Assembly: GCA_038231455.1 (NCBI GenBank)
Contig: JBBRLI010000011.1
Location: 32,001 to 96,000 of the forward strand
Direction of reading: 5' to 3'
From: Vulcanimicrobiales bacterium
Lineage (GTDB): Bacteria > Vulcanimicrobiota > Vulcanimicrobiia > Vulcanimicrobiales > Vulcanimicrobiaceae
Length of the DNA: 64,000 nucleotides
The notes under the pieces were generated by a model. That model saw only the letters and a list, made by a program, of their open reading frames with translations, made no database searches and was not told the DNA's origin. Position numbers and translations under genes: made by a program. Of the stretch, positions 8,389-18,500 are shown in pieces. Position 1 is the stretch's first letter. Each line of letters starts with the position of its first letter.

Positions 8389-11300
8389 CTAGAAACCGAG
8401 CTGGTAGTAGAAACGGAACGAACGAGGCGTCGCGTTGGGGGTTTCGTAGTACGGTCCCTGACCGCCCAGACGTGCGCTGTAGTTCGGTGCGATTCCGATT
8501 CCGGGGAACGCAAGGGCCGTCGTCGAGTAACCCGTCTTCGGTCCAGCGATGCCCGTTGCCACCGGCTGATATCGGCCGGAAAGCGTCGGCTGCGTGTAGA
8601 GTTGATTGAACAGGTTGGTGATCAATACGCCGAAGGTTTGCTTCTGCGATGCGGGCGGCGTGAACTCAAACGAGATATTCGCCTGAGCGATACGCGCACG
8701 GCTCAAGAAGCCACCGGCGCTTGCTGTATCCGGCGTTCCGCGCGTCGTTGCGATGTTCGGCTTGCCGAACGTGCCGGGATTTTGCGGATCGACGTAGCGA
8801 TCGGTGCCGGTCGCACCGGCCGGATTGGTGATGTTGGTGTTGGGCACGTTTACCGGGACGCCGTTAACGAACGTCGCCGTGATGAGCCCGGGGCCGGTCG
8901 GATAGCCATTGTTGTAGTACAGGATCGGGTTGATTTTGAAGCCCGAACGCGTCTTGTATGCAAGGGCCGTCGTGATATTGAGCGGCGAGAGGAAGCCCAC
9001 GCGATACTGGTTGCCGAGCAAGAGTGACGGCGCAGGAATCGAGGGGAAGAAATCTTCCGATCCGCTCAGCGGGATAACGTTGGAGAACTCGTTGAGGTAC
9101 GTCACCGAAAGCTGGCCCGAGAGGCCGAAATTGGCTTCTTTGGTCAGGTATGCTTCAACGCCGGTCACGCGCGAAATCCCGAGATTGGTTTGCGTGGGCG
9201 GGTTGTAGATCAGTGCGCCGGTGATCGGGTCGGTGAGCGCTTTGCCGTTGACGATACGCGGGGTCGCGGACTGCGCGAGCCCGTCATAACCGCGACGGTA
9301 GAACGGCGTGATCTTGACCGCGACATTCTTCGGAAACTGGTGCGAGTACGAAGCATCAAAGTTCGTGAACGTCGATGACTTGACGGGCTGAATCGGAATG
9401 CCGAGATATGCCGTGGCATTGTTCCAATACAGCTGGTCCGCGTAGCTCTTACACAGACGGTCGGCCGTTGTGCCGCACCACGTCGCTGCCGATCCGGTCG
9501 TATTATCGAACGACGGGATGTTGTTGAACGCACTGAAGTCGTTCTTTTGTGGGGTCACATCGACGAATGCGAGCGCCGGAATTTCGACCGAGCGGCCGTA
9601 ACCCAAGCGCAGCGAGTCGTTCTTCGTGAACTGGTACGAGAGACCAAATCGCGGCTCGAATATCCGCGGCGTGCGTGTTTCATTCGAGTAGTTGAAGCGA
9701 TCGGCTGCCGGGTTCGGCGTACCGATCAGCGCAGCGTTACCGCCGTTGTTCGTAGCATCGTACAGGCCCGTCGCCGTCGGCAGACAGGTGTTGATGTTAC
9801 AAGCGGGCAGACGCAGGTTGGATCCGTCAAGACGAAGCCCGACATTGATCTTGAGCTTGTCGCTTGCGGTAAACGCATCGTTCAGATAGAGCGCGAAATC
9901 GTTACGATTCGTTGCCGTGCCTTCATCAGCCGGCGGAATGGTCGGAACGCCGCCCGAGAAGAACGATGAGCCGCCCGTGTTGCCGGTCGAGAGATAGCCG
10001 CCGGGCAGGAAGTCTGCCGCGGAGAATCCGTATCCGAATCCGGCATTGATCAAGAATCCGTCGGTTCCGGACGGCGAGCTGTAGACCGGATGCAAGTATT
10101 CGTACTTGCCGCCGACCGTCAACAGGTTCTTCGAGTTGAGCTGGCGCGTGATGTCGACTGCGAAGCCGGTACGTGCGCCGCCCTGGAGAGCCGTGAATTC
10201 CGCGTTCGAAAAGAACGCGGTCGCGTCGTACGGCCAGTCGAAGGTTACGACTGAGCCGACTTTATAGAATTTGGCCGTAAGGAACGTCGATGCATCCAGA
10301 TTGTTCGAATACTGGATTTTGAACGTATCGTTCGGCTGATGATAGTTGATCGGCGCGCGATTGAGTTTTTGCGTCGCCGACTGCTGATACGGATTGAGGG
10401 TAAGCACCGACTGGATTTGCGCTGTCGTGAAGCCCGAGACGGCCTTCGCGTTGGCGAGCCAGAACGGATCGTTCGACTTGAAATACAGGTTGCTGTATCC
10501 GCCGTAGCCTACGGCGAATTCATTGGCCTGATTCTGGTAGAAGAACTGGAGCTGCTGGCCATTGTCTTTACCGAACTTGTAAATCGCGTTGTTGACAAAG
10601 TCTTCCGACGTGTAGTTCGAGGTCGAATAGAAACGGTTGATCAGCGTTGCATCGGGTTGACCCGAACCGTAGCGGTTGCCCTGACGTGTTCCGATGAAGG
10701 AGGTGTAGTTCGAGAACCGGCCATTCGGCGTTGCGAAGCCGTACTCGCCGCGCAAGTAGTGATTGTAAGCCGGTGCGCCTGCATCGAGTTCGAATGTGCC
10801 GAACGGCGGGCGCGTGCCTTTGTTAGCAATCAGGTTGATGACGCCCGTGCCCGAGTTACCACTCGACGCGTCGCCGGCGCCCGGCGTGAGCTGGAGCGAT
10901 TGGACGCCGTTAATGGAAAGCGTGTTAACGAATTGGCTCGTGAACGCATCGGTGTAGTCGATGCCTTCGAACTGGAAGCCCTCTTCGTTCTCGCGTCCGC
11001 CGCGAAGCACCGGATAGCCGCTCGAATCGAGCGACGCGCCGGGGAGCGCGGTGAGAAGATTCGATTCGCTCGTGCCGCCTTTTTTACCAAGGACGGTATC
11101 GATCTGCGCCGCGGTCACCGTGTAGGTGTCGACGGTCTGCGTCGGCTGATACGCGCCGCCTTGGCTACGCGCCGTCGTGCGCCCGATGGTCTTGAGTTCT
11201 TTTGAGAGGGTGACATTGACGGTGTTCACCGCGTCGGCGAATACGCTGATACCCTGTTGGGTCTGCGGTTCGTATCCGGCGCCGGCAAATGACACGGTAT

Positions 11301-11556
11301 ACGTGTCGGGCGAAACGCCGAGGAACGAATAGTACCCCTGAGCGTTGGTCTTCGTCTGATAACGTCCGGTCGGCGATTGCGCCGTGACCGTCACGTTTGC
11401 GAGCGGGGTTCCGGCGACCGTCACGGTGCCGGCGATCTGTCCTGTCGTACCGGATATACCGGCCGACATGCTTGTAGCCACGAAGGCAATGATGAGCGCC
11501 ATACTGATAATGCCGCGCACATATTGAATCGTGGTACGCAGTGTCTTAGAAAACAC
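8389..11556 (-). CDS. TonB-dependent receptor with N-terminal carboxypeptidase-regulatory-like domain
   Basis: 1055 aa; signal peptide; GTVT...PLANVTVT...TKTNAQGYYSF..V.PDTY domain; plug-like LPGA...LRGG...FEG; barrel motifs (INVGLRLD, EPRFGLSY); C-terminal YYQLGF. GAGGT SD before GTG. Confidence 0.9.
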   Translation of the reverse strand: MFSKTLRTTIQYVRGIISMALIIAFVATSMSAGISGTTGQIAGTVTVAGTPLANVTVTAQSPTGRYQTKTNAQGYYSFLGVSPDTYTVSFAGAGYEPQTQQGISVFADAVNTVNVTLSKELKTIGRTTARSQGGAYQPTQTVDTYTVTAAQIDTVLGKKGGTSESNLLTALPGASLDSSGYPVLRGGRENEEGFQFEGIDYTDAFTSQFVNTLSINGVQSLQLTPGAGDASSGNSGTGVINLIANKGTRPPFGTFELDAGAPAYNHYLRGEYGFATPNGRFSNYTSFIGTRQGNRYGSGQPDATLINRFYSTSNYTSEDFVNNAIYKFGKDNGQQLQFFYQNQANEFAVGYGGYSNLYFKSNDPFWLANAKAVSGFTTAQIQSVLTLNPYQQSATQKLNRAPINYHQPNDTFKIQYSNNLDASTFLTAKFYKVGSVVTFDWPYDATAFFSNAEFTALQGGARTGFAVDITRQLNSKNLLTVGGKYEYLHPVYSSPSGTDGFLINAGFGYGFSAADFLPGGYLSTGNTGGSSFFSGGVPTIPPADEGTATNRNDFALYLNDAFTASDKLKINVGLRLDGSNLRLPACNINTCLPTATGLYDATNNGGNAALIGTPNPAADRFNYSNETRTPRIFEPRFGLSYQFTKNDSLRLGYGRSVEIPALAFVDVTPQKNDFSAFNNIPSFDNTTGSAATWCGTTADRLCKSYADQLYWNNATAYLGIPIQPVKSSTFTNFDASYSHQFPKNVAVKITPFYRRGYDGLAQSATPRIVNGKALTDPITGALIYNPPTQTNLGISRVTGVEAYLTKEANFGLSGQLSVTYLNEFSNVIPLSGSEDFFPSIPAPSLLLGNQYRVGFLSPLNITTALAYKTRSGFKINPILYYNNGYPTGPGLITATFVNGVPVNVPNTNITNPAGATGTDRYVDPQNPGTFGKPNIATTRGTPDTASAGGFLSRARIAQANISFEFTPPASQKQTFGVLITNLFNQLYTQPTLSGRYQPVATGIAGPKTGYSTTALAFPGIGIAPNYSARLGGQGPYYETPNATPRSFRFYYQLGF

Positions 11557-11762
11557 GTAAGTACCTCGTGGTCCGAGTGAATAGGGCTAACCCGATGATA
11601 CTATGCCTTAACTCGTTCTTAAATCCTTTGGCAAAGCGAGAAAAGGCGTAGGTCCCGGGAAGTGTTCCATTGGACGATTGTCGGTTCCCGGGCGTCTCGC
11701 TTTCCGCAAAACTTTCGTAGTCGGGGGATTGCGAGCGCGATCCCGGAACCCTCGAACACGCA

Positions 11763-12632
11763 ATGGCCACCTCGACCCTTGCGGCTCCGGCGTCGCGCAG
11801 CTTTGCGCTCGATGTCTGGCGCCGTTTCCGAAAAGCTCCCGGCGCCATCGTCGGGGCCGCAATCGTCGCCTTTATCGTTCTCGCCGCAATCGCCGCGCCG
11901 CTGATCGCGGGCGCCGATCCGCTGGCCCAGAACCTCGCCAACCAGTCAGCCGCCCCAAACGCCGCGCATTGGATGGGTACGGACAAGCTCGGCCGGGACG
12001 TATTCTCCCGCATCCTCTTTGGAGCACGGACGTCGATTCGGATCGGCTTCGTCGCCGTCGGACTCGCGATCACGGTCGGGACGTTCATCGGCCTGCTCGC
12101 GGGGTATATCGGCGGTCGGCTCGATGCGGTGCTGATGAGCGCGATGGACGTCATGCTCGCGTTTCCCTCGATCATCTTGGCGATCGCCATCACGACGCTC
12201 CTCGGACCCAGCATCACCAATTTGATGCTCGCCGTTGGGATCGTCTACGTGCCGCAGTACGCGCGCCTCGCTCGCTCGTCGGTCCTTGCCGTCCGTGAGA
12301 CCGAGTATGTCGAAGCCGCCCGCGCGATCGGCGCGATGACACCGACGATTTTGATCCGGCACGTCCTGCCCAACATCTTGGCGCCGCTCCTGGTCCAGGC
12401 AACCCTGGGCGTGGCGACGGCCGAACTCGAGGCGGCGGGGCTTTCGTATCTGGGCCTCGGTGCGCGGCCGCCGGCGCCCGAGTGGGGCGCGATGCTCAAC
12501 GATGCACGCGATTACTGGCTCTCGGCGCCCTGGGCATTGATCTTCCCGGGCCTTGCCATCACCACACTGGTGCTCGGATTCAACCTGCTCGGCGACGGCC
12601 TCCGCGACGCACTCGATCCGAAAACAAAGTAG
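11763..12632 (+). CDS. Dipeptide/oligopeptide ABC transporter permease (DppC/OppC family)
   Basis: HWMGTDKLGRDVFSRILFG, EAA motif (YVEAARAIGA), LSYLGLG..PPAPEWG, NLLGDGLRDALDP. Confidence 0.93.
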   Translation: MATSTLAAPASRSFALDVWRRFRKAPGAIVGAAIVAFIVLAAIAAPLIAGADPLAQNLANQSAAPNAAHWMGTDKLGRDVFSRILFGARTSIRIGFVAVGLAITVGTFIGLLAGYIGGRLDAVLMSAMDVMLAFPSIILAIAITTLLGPSITNLMLAVGIVYVPQYARLARSSVLAVRETEYVEAARAIGAMTPTILIRHVLPNILAPLLVQATLGVATAELEAAGLSYLGLGARPPAPEWGAMLNDARDYWLSAPWALIFPGLAITTLVLGFNLLGDGLRDALDPKTK

Positions 12633-12635
12633 CGT

Positions 12636-13481
12636 ATGGCGATCGCCCTCGCCCTGATCGCTGCGCTGCTCTACGGAGCGGCTGACTTTATTGGAGGCCT
12701 GGCGAGTCGAAAAACGGCGACGGTCATCGTCGTGATCGTCTCGCAGTTGGCCGGCTTTTTCGTTCTGCTCGCGATCGTGCCGTTCTTAGGCGGGCGGCCA
12801 CTCGTGGTGGATCTCTGGTGGGGCGTTCTTGCCGGCGCGCTCGGCGCCGTTGGCATCGTGCTTTTGTACCGCGCCCTTGCGATCGGTCGCATGGGAATCG
12901 TCTCGCCGGTCACGGCCGTTATCGCAGCGACGATTCCCGTGCTTTTTGGAATCACGATTGGCGAGCGACCGAGTACGTTTGCCTGGATTGGTATCGGCCT
13001 TGCCATCGTGGCCGTCATCCTCATCTCGGCTCACGATCCCGCCGAAGAACGCGACCGCCGCGCATCGCTCGGCATGCCGATTGGCGTGCCGACCGCTATT
13101 CTCTCGGGAATCACACTCGGCTTCTTCTTCATCGTGCTTGCAAAAGTGCAGCCGATCAGCGGGCTCTATCCGCTCCTGAGTGCGCGCATCGCGTCGGTCG
13201 TGGCGCTGACGGTCGTAGCGCTCGCACAAGGCATTCCATTACGCACGACGCGCGCCGCGTTACCGGCGATCGTGTTTTCCGGCGCGCTCGATATGGGCGC
13301 AAATGCTCTTTACGTGATCGCGGCGCACAATGGCTTGATCGCAATCGCCGCGGTGCTCACATCACTCTACCCCGCGAGCACCGTCGCGCTAGCAGCGATG
13401 GTGCTCCACGAACGTCTCGCGCGCACGCAATGGATCGGCGTGGCGCTCGCGCTCGTCGGCGTCGTACTCGTCGCCCGCTGA
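12636..13481 (+). CDS. EamA/DMT family transporter
   Basis: About 10 hydrophobic segments in two repeats; YGAADF, SLYP, LHERL motifs. Confidence 0.88.
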   Translation: MAIALALIAALLYGAADFIGGLASRKTATVIVVIVSQLAGFFVLLAIVPFLGGRPLVVDLWWGVLAGALGAVGIVLLYRALAIGRMGIVSPVTAVIAATIPVLFGITIGERPSTFAWIGIGLAIVAVILISAHDPAEERDRRASLGMPIGVPTAILSGITLGFFFIVLAKVQPISGLYPLLSARIASVVALTVVALAQGIPLRTTRAALPAIVFSGALDMGANALYVIAAHNGLIAIAAVLTSLYPASTVALAAMVLHERLARTQWIGVALALVGVVLVAR

Positions 13482-13494
13482 ACGAGAGCTGCTC

Positions 13495-14244
13495 TTACTG
13501 ACCGATGAATTCGTAGATTTGGGTGAAATCATCGATGCTGGCAAGACAGCGAAAACGTGTTGGTCGATAGCGGCTTTGCCGTGCTGCCAAGAGTGCTGCA
13601 TTCCCCAAATCCATCCCAACGACGGTATCGTGGCTTAGCTGCGCATCGATTGCGCGGCCATCGGGGCCGACCGTTACGATGACGGTCGTGCGTACACTTC
13701 GCTGGCCATAATTCGCGGCGATTCTTGAAACATCCGGCGGGATATGTTCGATTTCCGATACCGAGCTATCCGGCTCACGACACGTTGCGGTACCCGCCGC
13801 TCGCGCGTCAATGACGTTCGACAAACCAATCTTTGCAACGAAATCAGCGGCGCCGGTGGATGATTGACGGGTCGACGTCCATGGACGAAAGGGGGCGCAT
13901 TTGGTCCCGCCGACCGAAGCGACATACGCGCCGTCGATCGACTCCGGCACGCGGGCGACGATCGGACTCGCGCCGGCAAGCGATCCATCCAAACGCACGG
14001 GGCGGACGGTATCGACGTCCACATCATAGGACGTCAGCCCGTGCATGAGGCGAACGGTTGCGCCAGATATTGGATCGTCGGAACCATCGCGAGCAAGCGC
14101 AACCGCAACGGTTGCACCGGTAGAGGACGGAAAGACGGCTACAACGGCCGTACCGCAACTCGAAAGCGATTGCGCCTCGACGGGAGCCGCGAGGTTCGAC
14201 AGAACGATCGCAAGACAACAGAACGCTGCGGCAGACACCCTCAT
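13495..14244 (-). CDS. Secreted protein with a TonB C-terminal-like domain
   Basis: Signal peptide (...AAPVEA-Q); C-terminal VIVTVGPDGRAIDAQL...LGNAALLAARQSRYRP resembles TonB_C; directly downstream of cassette 2. Confidence 0.65.
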   Translation of the reverse strand: MRVSAAAFCCLAIVLSNLAAPVEAQSLSSCGTAVVAVFPSSTGATVAVALARDGSDDPISGATVRLMHGLTSYDVDVDTVRPVRLDGSLAGASPIVARVPESIDGAYVASVGGTKCAPFRPWTSTRQSSTGAADFVAKIGLSNVIDARAAGTATCREPDSSVSEIEHIPPDVSRIAANYGQRSVRTTVIVTVGPDGRAIDAQLSHDTVVGMDLGNAALLAARQSRYRPTRFRCLASIDDFTQIYEFIGQ

Positions 14245-14285
14245 GTGCTTGCGGTTCGTTTGCGAAATCGGATCGCCTCCGGCAG

Positions 14286-14331
14286 AAAAAGAAACAACGT
14301 GCGCCCATCTTCCGATGGACTCACGCTGTTT
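14286..14331 (-). terminator. Intrinsic terminator of receptor/lipoprotein cassette 2
   Basis: Minus strand reads AAACAGCGTGAGTCCATC-GGAA-GATGGGCGCACGTTGTTT followed by CTTTTT. Confidence 0.7.
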
Positions 14332-14400
14332 TGTGACTCCGGTTCTCGACGACGTGGAGTCGATAGGTGGCGGAGATACGCCGCCGAGAGCGACTCGTTT

Positions 14401-15567
14401 CTAGGGCAGGGCCGCCGTCGTCACGACGGCCGAGGTCGAGATATCGGCTTGACCGCTAGCTCCGGTGATAGCCGGTTTTTGTTGGACATTCTGGGGCGGG
14501 CCCGCGCCAAATGCCGGATAGTCGAAACCGACAACATACACTTGCGCCTTGTCACCGGCGCACGTCGAGCGCACCGCTGCGTTGGTCAAGTATTTCGGTC
14601 CGAGGTTCGCCGGAATCGCCGGAAAGGCCGTGACGCCTGCGGTGTTGATCGCGGTAACGCGCGTGGTGTAATACACCGCGCCGTTGCCCGTACCGCCGCC
14701 TTGATACGGAGCGGGGTAACATGCTCCGGTTCCGGCAGCAGCCGCACTCGCAACACCACCGATACGGACGATGGCCATCGCCTCGGTGATACGCGGGTCG
14801 GTGATCGTGGCAGAAACGGTACCGCCGCCAGCGCCGTCTGGCGTGAACGTGACACCGGTAATAGCGCCCAAAGGCGTAACGTTGGTGAGCGTCCCCGTTG
14901 CGCTAGCGGTCGTCGTTGTTGGATTCCCACTGGCATCAAATCCCGTCGGAACGAGCAGCGAGAGCGCGTAGGCGCCGGCAACGGGTGCCACGTTGAAATC
15001 CGTGAAGCCCATTGGATACCCGGTGAAGCCCGAGGGGAACGTGCCGTCGCGCACGTTGGGGTACGCGGGTGCGCCCCCAATGTACGGAACGGCCGTAACG
15101 CCTGCGGGCGCATAGAACGGCAGCGAGTAACGCGTAAACGAAGGCGAATTACTCGAAGCCGTTGAGTTGGCGGGTTGGAATCCATACGCGAATGCGCCGC
15201 CGGCCGTGCCGAGGGTCGATGCGGTGGCGGCCGTTCCAAGTGTTACCTGAGGCGAACCCGAGATCGTTGCCGTCCCCGAGTTAACGCCCGCAGCCGCAGC
15301 GGACCCGGTATTGGTGAACCCAGCCGGCCCGGTGATGGTCGGCGTGCTCAGGAGCGTGCCGTCCAGACCGTTGGGCTGGCGCCAGGTCACGACGGTATTC
15401 AGGCCCGTCGCGACGCCGGCGATGTTTGCGGTTCCAACCGCGAATTGGAGGCTGTTGGTGCTCGTCGAGACGTCCACGGCGCGCTGGTTCGGCGGAATGC
15501 CGACCTGGCCCGCGGTGCATCCCGCTAGAGCAACTGCGGCAAACGCCGCGATCATGTGTCTTTGCAA
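14401..15567 (-). CDS. Lipoprotein of unknown function, receptor-associated (paralog of 7312-8385)
   Basis: Lipobox ALAG-C; shares LQFAVGTAN, GLNTV, RQxNGL, GPAGF, GFDY and ITGAxGQAD with the paralog. Confidence 0.85.
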   Translation of the reverse strand: MQRHMIAAFAAVALAGCTAGQVGIPPNQRAVDVSTSTNSLQFAVGTANIAGVATGLNTVVTWRQPNGLDGTLLSTPTITGPAGFTNTGSAAAAGVNSGTATISGSPQVTLGTAATASTLGTAGGAFAYGFQPANSTASSNSPSFTRYSLPFYAPAGVTAVPYIGGAPAYPNVRDGTFPSGFTGYPMGFTDFNVAPVAGAYALSLLVPTGFDASGNPTTTTASATGTLTNVTPLGAITGVTFTPDGAGGGTVSATITDPRITEAMAIVRIGGVASAAAAGTGACYPAPYQGGGTGNGAVYYTTRVTAINTAGVTAFPAIPANLGPKYLTNAAVRSTCAGDKAQVYVVGFDYPAFGAGPPQNVQQKPAITGASGQADISTSAVVTTAALP

Positions 15568-15576
15568 GATGTCGTC

Positions 15577-18500
15577 CTAGAGAGCCAGCTGGTAGTAGAA
15601 ACGGACTGCGGTCGGAGCACCGCTCGGAGCGAGAATGTAGGCATTCCGACCATAGCGCTCCTGACCGTAGTTATAGAATCCGTAGACGGTTCCGAGCGTC
15701 TGCGTCGAGGCCGTTTGGCCCGTCTGCGGTCCGCCAACGCCCGTTGCAACGGGCTGCCAACGCGAATTCAGGCCCGGCTCCGAGTAAACCAGATTGAAGA
15801 TGTTGGAAATGTACGCTCCAAACGTGTTTTTGGAACCCGGTGCCGACAGCTCGAACGAGAGATCGAGGTTGCCGCGGGCGCGTGAGAGGACGCCGCCTGC
15901 AAGCGATGTTTCCGACGTACCGCGTGTCGCCGCAATGTTCGGGCTGAGGATCGAACCCGGATTGGTCGGCGATACGTATTGCGTAACCAACAGACTCGTA
16001 CCGGAGTTCGCGACAGCACCGCCGCCGACCGTAGCGGCATTGGTATTTCCGACGACGCGGGCAGTACCGTTGACCGTCGCGGCTACGAGTGTACCAGCGC
16101 CAATCGGGAAGCCCTTATCGAACGAGAAGATCGGGTTGATACGGAGACCCGCGCGGTTTTTATAGCTCAGGCCAACGCGGCCGGTTAGCGGCGAGAGATA
16201 GCCCGCTTTGTAGAGTTGTCCGAGCTGAAGCGAGACGGGAGGAATCGAGGGGTAGAAATCCTCGGTTTGACCGCCGTAGCCAGGAGGGACGTTCTGCAGA
16301 CGGTTCACGTAGGTTGCGCTAACGAAGCCCGACACACCGTATGGGACGTCTTTTGTGAGATAGAACTCGACGCCGGTCGATTTGTCGATCCCGCTATTCG
16401 AGAGTCGCGCCGAACCAAAGAGCGGCAGACCCGTGTTGACGTCCGCCCCAATGACGGGTGTTGTAAACACGTTGACATCGTAACCGCGCTTGAAGAATGG
16501 CGTGACCTTGAGGCCGACGCCGCCCTTGAACTGATGCGAATACGAGAAGTCATAGTTATTGTAGGTAGCCGGTTTCACGTTGAAGCTTTCCAAGCCGAAC
16601 GCTTGCACGTATTCGTCGTGGAGTTGCTGCGCGTAATTTGAGCACGCCGACGTGAAGAGGGGCGCGCCGCAGGTCTGCGCGGTTGTCCCGGTGCGTGAAT
16701 CACGCGAAGGAACCCCGGCAAACTGTTGGTAGGTCGAGATGGGATTGTTAATAAGAATTCCGGGCACGAACTGGACCGATCGTCCGTATGACGCGCGAAT
16801 GGCATCCGCATTGGAGATCTGATACGCCCCGGCAAAGCGCGGTTCGATGACGCGCGGATGACGTGCATCATCGGTGATGTACGAGTAGCCGTTTACGAAC
16901 TGCTGGTTGTCGCCATCGAGACGAATACCATAGTCCAGGCGCAGCTTCGAGCTTACGTTGAACTGGTCGCGGATACCGATTCCCCAAATCTGCGAATGTC
17001 CGCCGTTGTAGGCGCGAAGATTCGGAATGATCAGTTGGCCGCCCGGGTTTCCGAGCGCAGCCAGGTTGGCGGCGTTGTAGAGATATCCGCAGCCGTTGCC
17101 GCTGGCATTGCCGACTTTGCTAAGCGCATTGCCGCTCAGATCCGAGGTCGGGCAGGGTTGGCCCGGTTGGATGAAGTCCGCGAGTTCGTAGCCGGGCGTT
17201 CCGGCGAGGCCGGATGCCGCGCGGAATCCGAGCGTGTTGCTGGTGTAGTCATACTGCGTGTCTTGCGACTCGTAGAGATAACTGAAATCGATTTGGTGCT
17301 TGCCTGAAGTGCGAATAAGATCGCCGCTCAGACCCGACCGGCCGCCGCCTTGATAGGCGATGCGCGAACCGGTACCGGTACCCGCGTATGTCGTATCAAA
17401 TCGAGCGGTACCGACGACGTGGTAGAGGCGGTTTGCCCAATAGGTCTTGTCATCGATGAGTTGATCGAGTTCGAGTTTTGCAACATCAACCGGTTGGTAC
17501 TGATGTGGCTGATAGGCGAGGTTCGAGAGAACGTTTGGTTGCCCAGGCAACAGATCGATGAGCGACTGGACTTCGCCTGTGCGAGCCGCAGCGGCCACAC
17601 CGGGAAGCGCGGGCGTGAGATTCGGTAAGGCTGTTGGGTCGTTCGTCTTGTAAAAGTAGTTCTGCCAACCATTGCGGCCGACGTTGAAATCCGAGAGACG
17701 ATCCTGCAGCAAGAGCTGAAGCGAACGCGAGTTGTCGTGACCGAAACGGTAGACCGTATTATTCACGATGTCGCGCGTCTTGACGAACTCCGTTGCGAAG
17801 ACCGAGCCGCTGATGTACGCCGGCGTGCCGATCGTACCGTAAATGCGGTCCTGATTTTGCGCAAGGAACGACGTGTAGTTCGAGAGTCGTCCGCTCGGCG
17901 TTGCGAAGCCGTACTCGAGACCCAGTTGGTGGGTAAACGGATAACCAACGGCTTCGAGGTCGATCTGACCGAACGGCGGGCGCGCGCCGCGCTTGACGAC
18001 GATGTTGATGGCACCGGCTCCAGCGTTGCCTTGCGTGGCATCGCCGGCGCCCGGGTTTACCTGCAGCGATTGAAGTCCGTTGATACCAAGCGAGTTTTGA
18101 AACTGCGAGGTAGCGGGATCCGTGTAGTTGATTCCATCAAATTGATACGCGAGTTCCGTACGAGTCGATCCGCGAATCGACGATGATCCATAGACCGTCT
18201 GTTGGATGCCCGGAACCGAGCTTTGAAGCTGCGTTTGCGAAATGTTGAACGATTTTCCAAGCGCCGTCTGGAGTTGCGCTCCGGAAACCTGATAGGTGTC
18301 CGTCGGCTGCTTGGGCTGGAACGCTTGCGACTGCGATCGCGATGAAACGCGGCCGATCGTCTGAAGCGATTTCGACAGATTGACATCCTGGTTGACGATT
18401 CCGTCGCCCTGAACGGTCACACCGTTGAGCGTAATCGGCTCGTAGGCGCCGATTGTGAAATTGACCTGATACGTGTCAACGGGTAAGCCGACGAAGCGGT

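Noticed and set aside
13864-15165. 433-aa plus-strand ORF
   Set aside because: Antisense shadow of the lipoprotein and TonB_C genes; crosses a terminator; Arg/Gly-rich with no motifs.
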